A stretch of DNA of 64,000 bases. It comes from Octopus sinensis. Taxonomy: Eukaryota. Below the pieces are notes generated by a model. The model did no database searches and was not told the origin of the DNA. It saw only the letters and a list, made by a program, of their open reading frames with translations. The stretch covers positions 52,204,001-52,268,000 of the forward strand of contig NC_043002.1 in NCBI RefSeq assembly GCF_006345805.1, written 5' to 3'. The position numbers and the translations under genes are program-made. This document shows, piece by piece, positions 55,083 to 64,000 of the stretch. Numbering within the stretch: the stretch's first letter is position 1; every line of letters begins with the position of its first letter.

Positions 55083-55519
55083 GTTTCCTTCTCAAGCCAT
55101 GCCAGGCTCATAAGGACCGGCTTCCCGGTTTCACTGGCGTATAAATTCCTCACCTGGACGTGACCTCGACCCGTGCTTAACTGGCACACACACACACACA
55201 CAACACACACACACACACACATATACACTGCTATATCCTCTCACAAGGATTTGGGCGGCCCGAGGCTACAGTAGAAGACACTTGCCCTAGGTGCCAAGCA
55301 GTGGGACTGACCTCGGAACCATGTGGTTAGTAAGCAAGCTACTTACCACACAGCCTATGTATATATATATATATATGACGATGAAGGGCGGGAGGAGAAG
55401 GTGGGTAGGAGTGAAGAGAAGAGAGAAGGAGAGTAAGAGTGAAGAGAAGAAGTAAGAGTCGGAGTAAGAGAGAAGAGCTGGGTGGGAGGATGTAGGTGGG
55501 AGGGGGAGAGAGGCGAGGG

Positions 55520-56436
55520 GAGGAGAATTGAGCCCATGTGACGCAAAAGAGCGAAGACAGAAGACTAATTCCTGTTCACGGCGCAAACTGGAGTCCGGAT
55601 GGCTCCTCTGCAAGGACTATCCGAACACGGACAGGTGTTGCAATGAGTGACCGTTAGAGCTGAAATGGCACGAGACCGGGGTGCCATTGCCGAGTCGGGA
55701 TGTCTCGGAGGTGATCTGCGAACCAGTCAGTCAAGCGGCGTCCCGTTTGCCCGATGTATAGAGAATGGCAGAGAGAGAGCAGAAGATGCAGTAGATGATA
55801 TTGGTAGAAGTGCAGGTGAAGGAGTCGGTGATGTGATAGGGTCGGTGATGTGATAGGCCTGTGCAGCAGGGTGGGCGGGAGCAGGGGAAGGAGCCGGGTT
55901 GGGAGTTTGGGTTAGGGAAGAAACTGTGGACCAAGTGGTCTCGTAGGTTGTGGGCTCGTTTGAAAGAGGGGAGGGGTCGGTTAGGGAAGGTGTGCGAAGG
56001 GGAGGGGTCGAACTGGAGTCGCCGGAAGGCTCGGAGAATGGTGCGTTGGAGAGGTAGGGTTGTGGGTGGTAGGTTAGTGGAAATGGGAAGCGGGAGATAG
56101 CGGGGCAGGTTCGGGGAGAGAGCAGATGCACGGTCCACGGAGCGTGCTTTGGCAAGGGCGGTGTGGATAGTGGTGAGGTGATATCCACGTAGGATGAAGT
56201 AGCGAGGCATGAGTCTCAAAGTCATGGTCGTCACTACAGAGCCTGCGTAGACGGAGAAATTGGGAATAGGGGAAGGAAAGCTTGGTGTGTTTAGGGTGGG
56301 AGGAAGAGAAGTTGAGGTATGAGTGTGAGTCTGTGTGCTTATAGTGAATGGAGGTGGTGATAGTGGAGTGATGAATGCTGACCGAAATGTCAAGAAAGGA
56401 GACAGAGGTGTCAGAGGTAGTGCAGGAGAAGTGGAG

Positions 56437-56438
<2 letters not shown>
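55520..56438 (-). pseudogene. Penelope-like element relic: RT thumb, linker and GIY-YIG endonuclease
   Basis: SVSFLDISV...YKHTDSHSYL...PYSQFLRLRRLCS; LRGY; NLRDHLVHS; FTCTSTNIIYCIFC...(frameshift) YIGQTGRRLTDWFADH; EQELVFCLRSFASHGLN. Confidence 0.9.
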
Positions 56439-56478
<40 letters not shown>

Positions 56479-56801
56479 GAAGGGGCATGGCTCAGTGGTT
56501 AGAGGATCGAGCATACGAACATAATGCTGTGAGTTCGATTCCCGGACCGGCCTGCATGCTCTAGTTCACTCAGCTGTAGAAATGAGTTGCGACGTTTACC
56601 TTTCCTTTGGATAACATCGGTTGAGTGGGCGACTGCTGCTCTTCTATAATACAGCCTGAGGTTGTGCGTTATTCCGGTTAAGCGATTTTCTGCCCAGACT
56701 TGTACCCCGGCGGGGAACCTCTTAGGTGTACCCATGGTCATTCGTGACCTACGGAGTCGAATATACATACATATATATTATATATATGCATTATATATAT
56801 A

Positions 56802-57394
56802 TTGGGTCATCCCATAAATAATACCATAAATGATGCTGCACGCGGTAGATCTCCTTTGTTATCGTTTACTTTGGGTTTAAAAGTTCAAAGTGGACTAAAT
56901 CTTTCATATTACACCAGACAGATAACATCTTACGTGAGTAAAGACCTTCTTTAGCCGGTGTTTCTCCTTTCCATACTTACTGTCTCGGCGCTTGACATTT
57001 TTATAGAGAATCCATTTCTCGTCACCAGTCACTATTCGCGCGATTATACTCGGAAAATTTGTGAGAAACCCATTGACCCAATTTGCTTACTTTTCCGATG
57101 GCACGCACGTGTCGATGAATGGTTGAATGACCAAATCTGCTAGTTCTTCAACAGTTATGATGGGATTTTGTTCCATCAGGATTTGCAGGACGTCCTCGTC
57201 GAGCACTATACAGATCTTCCAGGATGAGGCTCGCTTTCTAAGTTGTAGTTTCCGGCTCGGAATTTCTGGAAACACCGTTGACGCTTACGCTTATTGTCCA
57301 ATTCCCATATACTGTATTAATATTTCTCGCACTTTCTATTGTGTTGTTACCTTTATTGAACTCATAAAGCAAAATATGCCGAATATGCTCTTTT
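56802..57394 (-). mobile_element. Mariner-type transposase relic, internally deleted, 5' end replaced by a SINE
   Basis: KEHIRHILLYEFNKG; LDEDVL...TVEELA; RIVTGDEKWILYKN. TIR-like end TTGGGTCATCCCATAAATAA follows a TA at 56800-56801. Confidence 0.85.
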
Positions 57395-58031
57395 CTACTA
57401 TAGGCACAAGGCCTGAAATTTGGATCGATCCCAGTATGCAACTGGTACTTAATTTATCGACCCTGAAAGGATGAAATGCAAAGTCGACCACGGCGGAATT
57501 TGAACTCAAAACGTAAAATCAGATGAAGCACCTATTTCTTTATTACCCACAAGGGGCTAAACACAGAAGGGGTAAACAAGGACAGACAAGCGGATTAAGT
57601 CGATTATATCGACCCCAGTGCGTAACTGGTACTTATTTAATCGACCCCGAAAGGATGAAAGACAAAGTCGACCTCGGCGGAATTTGAACTCAGAACGTAG
57701 CGTGCAGTTATTTCTCATTATGAACAACCAATCAAAGAGTACCCTGCTACATTAAATATTATTGTACATTGCACACGCAAAGGTTGCCACTTAACACATG
57801 CGTGTGGTGGATTCGCCCCTAGTGGGTAATAAAGAAATAACATGCGTGTGGTGGTGGTGGTGGTGTGTGTGTGTGTTTGTATGTGTATTTGTGTGTTTGT
57901 GTGTATGTGTGTGTGTAGTTTAAGTTGTCCCACTAATTATCTTATAACTGCCCAATTTATTTTTAATATATAAAGAACAGTTAAAAAATTATCAGGAATT
58001 TTATAGTTAAGAACAAAATATTTGAGAGAGG

Positions 58032-58086
<55 letters not shown>

Positions 58087-58144
58087 TATGTGTCTTATGC
58101 AAAATCTGTAATGAGCCTGAGCGACGCTGATGACCTGGTATCGC

Positions 58145-58198
<54 letters not shown>

Positions 58199-59628
58199 TA
58201 TACACGATGGGCTTCTTTCAGTTTCCGTCTACCGCATCCACTCTGGAGGCTATGGCCGGCTCGGGGCTATAATAGAGGACACTTGTCCAAGGTGCCACCT
58301 AGAAACATGTTGGAAAGCAAAATTTTCATCACGCAACGACGCCATTAATATTATGTAATATATTAACGCAGGGAGCTGGTAGAATCACTACCACGCTGGA
58401 AAAAATGCTCAACAGCACTTCTTGTAACTTTACGTTCTGAGTTTAAATTCTACGAGGCCGACTTTGCTTTTCATCCTTTCGGGGTCAGTAAAATAAGTAC
58501 CAGTTGAACACCGGGGCTGATGTGATCGACTTGACTCATCACCCGAAATTGGTAGCCTTGTGCCAAAATTTGAAATCAATATTATATAATATACTGTGTT
58601 ACACACAAGACAATGTTTTCCTAATCATTCATATATAGGAAAGAATTAGGATGGTGAACAGATGAAGCTGGGTGGGTGAACAGATGAAGCTGGGTGGGAA
58701 TCAGAAAAAGGCTGAGAAGCAATACTCTAGTGGAAGAGAAGGAAAAAAAAGGAACAAAATCGCATTGTAACATATATGTCTATATGGAAATAAAATTATT
58801 AAAATTCCAAATCCGTGTTGATCGAACAGCCCCATGTATTAAAGACGTGTCCCAGTCTACAACTTGATTGAGTTTTAACTGCTATTTCTAACACCACAGG
58901 CAACTATGTAGATGCGTTCTTCTTGGTTTATTAATTGTTGTTGATTGATCTGGTTTTGGAATGTACATCTGAGAACTACCTTGGCGTAGCTTATACTGTG
59001 GCGAACGATCGTACACACACATGTAGAAATGTGTGTCGGTATCTGTTAGTATGCGAAAATGTTCACATTTCAAATACTTGTTTTATCAAAAAGAGCACAC
59101 ACAAATATTAGACAAATAGGTACACACGCATATTGCGTAATTCAATTCGTAACTAAATTTAATCTTAAGTATTCATCGTTGTGGCGGCATACCAGCAAAT
59201 GGTTCCTACCCTATTTGCATATAGCCATAGACTGGCGATTCGATTCGTCCCCGGTGGTAAAGTCACAAAAAATAGCGAAATATCGGTATCCATCATTCCT
59301 GATATCACCGATCTTTATGAGGGAGTCATCCACAAAGCGCTAACCCGCAGCGAAGTGGTGAACAATCAAAACACATTCACGAAATTCTGTATGCAATCAG
59401 CTATAAACAAATAACGAAATGCATAATAATCAAACCAAAGCGAAACCGAATTTATTAAGCGAGGTATCTTTTGAAAAGTCACTTGACAAAAACCAAGTGT
59501 ACGGAAGGCTGCACAACAACAAGTGGTCCAGAATCTCACCCACGAGGGATCAATACAAGATGGGTCGAAACGATCGTTGTGGTTAATAAAGAATCACGTG
59601 AATTTCATTTTCTTTTTATCTCATTTCT

Positions 59629-59665
<37 letters not shown>

Positions 59666-59677
59666 TAATAATAACAA

Positions 59678-60075
59678 TACCAAAAACTGAGCAAATATAA
59701 AGATCTTGAAATAGAAATCAGCAACATGTGGAACCTGAAGACTAAAACAATACCTGTTGTCATAGGTGCCCTGGGAATGATAGCAAAAGGGGCTGATCGC
59801 TACCTAACTCAGATACCAGGAAACCCCAAAATGGCAGAATTTCAAAAGATAGTGCTCATGGGAACTGCTCATATCCTTCGCAAAATACTTTCTATGTAAC
59901 AAACACAACTTTCGTTTTTTTTTTTAGGCATTCACTAGTACAACACTAAATACAAAACCAAATATAAGGCACACTACTCATAACAACAATACGAACTTCC
60001 AACCTGTTGCCTCTTGAGGTCTCTGGGTGAGACTTGGAGCCAACTTGTACAAATATAAAGCAAAAGTCAAACATA
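59678..60075 (+). mobile_element. Second RLE-type (R4/Dong-like) LINE 3' end within (TAA)n
   Basis: YQKLSKYKDLEIEISNMWNLKTKTIPVVIGALG...QKIVLMGTAHILRKILSM* (stop at 59897-59899). TAA repeats on both sides. The 3' UTR differs from the 27919 copy. Confidence 0.8.
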
Positions 60076-60461
60076 TAATAATAATAATGATCCTTTCTAC
60101 TATAAGCTCAAGTCCTGGAATTTTGAGGGAGAAGACTAGTTGATTAGCTGGTACTTATTTCATCAACCTCGAAAGGATGAAAGGCAAAGTCGATCCCGGT
60201 GGAATTTGAACTCAGAGCATAACAACAGGCGAAATACCTATTTCTTTATTGCCCACAAGGGGCTAAACATAGAGGGGACAAACAAGGACAGACAAAGGGA
60301 TTAAGTCGATTACATCAACCCCAGTGCGTAACTGGTACTTTATTTATCGATCCCGAAAGTATGAAAGGTAAAGTCGACCTCGGCGGAATTTGAACTCAGA
60401 ACGTAACGACAGACGAAATACGGCTACGCATTTCACCCGGCGTGCAAACGCTTCTGCCAGC

Positions 60462-60469
60462 TCGCCGCC

Positions 60470-60509
<40 letters not shown>

Positions 60510-62074
60510 TTATTCGTTTATTAGCCACAAGGGCTCACATACAAAATTAAATGACATACAACATAAAAGACAAAAGCAGGACGATACAATGGGTTTTCCG
60601 CGTGATCACAATATAGTAACAATAAAAATTGAACAAAATAAAACTCCCAATAGGGATGCGCTTTAAGGTCCCACTAAAGCCACGGGTGCTTGAACAACTG
60701 GACAAGAGCCCTTCTTAGATTCCTTTTTTACAGGTGCAAGCTCAGAATTTTTCCTTTCACACTGGCCATTCTTTCAACATTCACACACCTTTCAACAAAC
60801 TTGCTACAAGGCAACACTTCCCTCTCCACCCTCAACTCCCTTTCCAAATGAAACTTGAAGAAGTTGATAAAGGCTTGGTCAAAGAGGAAAGTGTCTGTCT
60901 TAAGCCCTTTCAAACGGGTCCACCATACTACCTCTTTCGCTACAGCTACTAGACGAATAATAATTGCCTGCCCCTCTCGGCCAAAAGAGGGCGGCGGGAT
61001 AATCTTCACAATGGATTCAGCTGATAGCCGGATCCGTCCTACACGCGACAGCAGGTGTTCGACATAAACCTACAGGTCAGCAATACTCAGGCACTGGACT
61101 AGGGCGTGCAGAACGGTTTCATCGTTCTGGGTGCACTTCGGACAGGCCCGGCTGACGGCTCTTCCGTGCCTGTAAAGTTTTTCTAGAACAGGCAGCACTC
61201 TTCTGTAGCAATGCCAGGCAAGGGATTTCTGGAAGCTATCTCTGGCCCGAAAGCTCTCCGAAACAGACCGGTTAGTTGATCTTCATCGATGCCCAGAGTT
61301 TCTCCGAGAACGTCGTTGCACTCCCCCCCGACTAGCCCTCTATAGAACGCTAGAGTGGAACTACCACAGGCCGCATTGCCCGCCTGGCGGAGGGTTACGA
61401 GCACTTGACGGCACTCGAGGTGCCAAGCGCCCCTCCTTGGTCTACGCCTAATCCAGGATTGCAGCTCCACTGGCCGAAAAAATACCCTGTCTAGATACGA
61501 TCTAGATGACCCGATGCAGTTTGTCTACATTGGCACATTCGGGTAACCTAGTCGGTATCTGTCAGACAATTGAAAACGTCTTAGTAGGTTTTTGAGGCTT
61601 TTGCACCCCACTCTCCTATCAGATACTCCCACGCAATAGAAAAGTCCATCTAACTTAACGATCCAATCCCCTACTAATACTAAAGTCCGAAAGTTCTCAG
61701 GAAAACCTTCAGACGCTTGAAGTAATCAGACCGTCTTGCCCCTTTCGGAGCATAAGCAGCCACCAGTCTGAAAGCACCGCCATCACTGCTGTTCACATTT
61801 AGGACCACCAAATTACCTTCTGGATCCAGGAAGACTACCTTTATTTTCAAATCCAGACCTCACTACCACCACCGACTCTTCTCGGAATACACGGAGATAG
61901 AAAAATCTCGTATCCGACGAAAAAAGTGATGAGGTCCCGTGGGTCGGGTAGTCTGAATTCACTGATGGCTTCAATATCTACACTAATTGACCTCAGGTCA
62001 TTTAAAAGCTGACCTTGTTTCCAAGGCGACCCGAGGCCCCTGGCATTTATATAACCTATTCTGAGCATCACCAT
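60462..62074 (-). mobile_element. L1/Tx1-type LINE ORF2 with the RT domain deleted and a complete 3' tail
   Basis: MVMLRIGYINARGL...SYLDRVF (APE endonuclease) jumps near 61470 to the C-terminal region with CPRC...ETVLH. Stop at 60728, then 3' UTR and (ATT)n. Confidence 0.82.
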
Positions 62075-62289
62075 ATTAAAATAAATTTAGGATGGAGAAG
62101 AGCTCTAATTATCACTGTTGTCTGGCAGGGGTGTCCCCCTGGTCTTTGTTGTGAGCGTTTCCACGAGGATTTTATACAGTCTCTAAGAGAATGTTTTTTG
62201 GAATGGCCCAACAGCATTTGGAAAATTAATTTTTAATGTGTTGTAGGTGTCCTGTTTTAGTTTTAAAATTTGTATGTGTGGTGGTGGTA

Positions 62290-63177
62290 CATAGGTCTCC
62301 CTCTATCCTAGATTTCTCTAACGCTATTTCTTTACTAAAAACTATTGCCTCTGCTCTAATAGCCCTTTTCAGGGCTATCCACCAACGGCTGTTGACGATT
62401 GCGCCTGCCAACTCTCGAAAGCTTGGCGCGCCAGGAAGGACGCGTTCAGCTTCCAGTATCTGGAGCCCTGTTTACAGATCCTGTCTGTTTCGACCGTACA
62501 GATCACAGATTTATGGTTCGTGTATCCGACGACTTTGAAACGTGGACAACTTATACTACTTGTATCTACAGGCTTACAAAATGCTCTATCTAGATACGAT
62601 CTGGAAGGCCCGATGCGGTTCTTCCATGTCCACATTGGCACATTCGGGAAATCCAGACGGTACCTGTCAGCCAACTGGAAGCAGCTGAGCAGGTCTGTGA
62701 GGTTTTTACCACCTCTCCAATCAGCTAGCCCCATCCTATCCAGGCGTGCATCCAAGATGGCGTTCCAGTCTTCCACTAATATGAAAAGGCGTGACTTCTC
62801 AAGGAAAACCTCCAAAAGTCTGAAGAAATATAGCTGTCCCGTCCCCGTGGGAGCGTAAACAGTGACTAGTCTAAAGGCACATTTACTGTCGCTTACGTTT
62901 AGGACCACCTCCGAGTTCTGGAAGATCGTTTGAACTTCGGGTTCCAGGTCTTTCCTAAACACCACTGCCACCTCACCTTCCATTCTGGGCCGACTAAGAG
63001 ATGCATAGATCTCATAATCGTCGAAAATTGGTGCAAGATTGCGAGTGTCGGAAATCCTGGTCTCACGGCTGCTATCACATCCAAACCTAGCGACCTGAAG
63101 TTACTGTGCGAGCGACCTTGCCTTCAGGGTGACCTCAGGCCACGAACATTTATGCAGCCCACTCTGATAATCGCCAT
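62290..63177 (-). mobile_element. L1/Tx1-type LINE ORF2 APE endonuclease fragment
   Basis: MAIIRVGCINVRGL...VYAP...EDWN...TW...SYLDR...YWKLN...WWIALK, with stops and frameshifts. Confidence 0.88.
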
Positions 63178-63559
63178 GACCGCTCGAAAGGGTTGAGGAA
63201 AAGAAAAAAAAATGAAGTTACTTACCTTCCGGGAGCTGTTGGCAGCCCGGTGACCCGGACTCTGGATGTGGTTCTTCTGGGAAACCGGTTAAAAGCCTCT
63301 ATGTTACGCGGACGCTTGGCTTTCCCGCGTCATGCAGAAAGTCCCTCTGAATTTCTTCGTATACTTTGAAGAGTAACTGTATTAACACTAAATGATCCGG
63401 AACCCGAAAGGTGCTGGTGTCATAAATTGCACACCCTTTCTCGATTTGCTTGTTTTGAGAGATATGTGTAGTTGTTGGTGCATTGGTGGATTTGGTTGAG
63501 ATAGTGATGGTTGTGAGGATGGTAGTGCTGGTGTTGTTTTCGTCGTGTCTAGGTTCGAT

Positions 63560-64000
63560 GTCTTGGGAGTTTCTGTATTTTCGGGTGTTGACGTAGGTTC
63601 TTTTGTTTTCTGTTTCCTTTGCTTTTTCGTTTCCTTTACTTTGTAGTGTTCTTTCTCGTCTTCACTACGGGATGAGTAGTGGCTAGTGTCTGTATGGCTT
63701 GTTTCGGGGAGTGGGAATGTGTCTGTGATAGTGTGAGCATGTTTGTGTGTATATCCTTGAAAGAGGTGAAGGGGGCTGGTTTGACAGATACCCCAGGTTC
63801 ACACGCCCCTGCTGTAGTTGCGAGGGGTGAGGCTGCAGTTCTATTAAAATGTCTCTATTGTTGGGGGTGCGCTGTAGGCTGCAGATGTGGCCGCGTACCT
63901 CCCAACATTTGGGGGGAAAAGGCTCTCAGGTGGCTTGTGGCCCCACATGTCACATCTGGGCTTTCCTGCCTTCCACGACGACACGCAGGTCCACCCCGTT
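63560..64000 (-). pseudogene. Probable LINE ORF1 relic upstream of the endonuclease fragment
   Basis: LRVVVEGRKA followed by a frameshifted C-D-[fs]-CGATSHLRAFSP knuckle. It resembles the knuckle context at 19250-19330. Confidence 0.5.

Noticed and set aside
58652-58700. ~23-bp direct repeat pair (similar pair at 2953-3022)
   Set aside because: These are simple local tandem duplications with two units and no unique spacers; not CRISPR-like.

Overview
AT-rich, microsatellite-saturated eukaryotic genomic DNA. The repeat families and (TA)n/(CA)n load look like an Octopus (coleoid cephalopod) genome; this is my inference, not a database result. Only one host coding exon is supportable: 47976-48171 (+), encoding the N-terminus and TM1 of a monoamine-type SLC6 transporter with SERT-diagnostic residues ([37 protein letters not shown]) and ending in the conserved phase-1 GT donor. 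No second exon is visible in the next ~15.8 kb. The rest is intronic/intergenic and built from mobile elements: several tRNA-derived SINE families; L1/Tx1-type LINE relics (several internally deleted, two apparently ORF1-only); two R4/Dong-type RLE LINE ends sitting in (TAA)n; a Penelope-like RT/GIY-YIG relic; a DD36E Tc1 transposase; mariner relics; hAT MITEs; and a young Merlin/MULE-like MITE. The most notable signals are an intact hammerhead-ribozyme fold at 1181-1227 plus about ten degenerate hammerhead-like Penelope tails, an unusually high density of long palindromes, and 3'-tail sharing between a Tx1-type LINE and a SINE. A 100-N scaffold gap lies at 26437-26536. Most ORFs in the supplied track are microsatellite artefacts. 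All alignments and translations were done by eye, and coordinates of degenerate elements are approximate.
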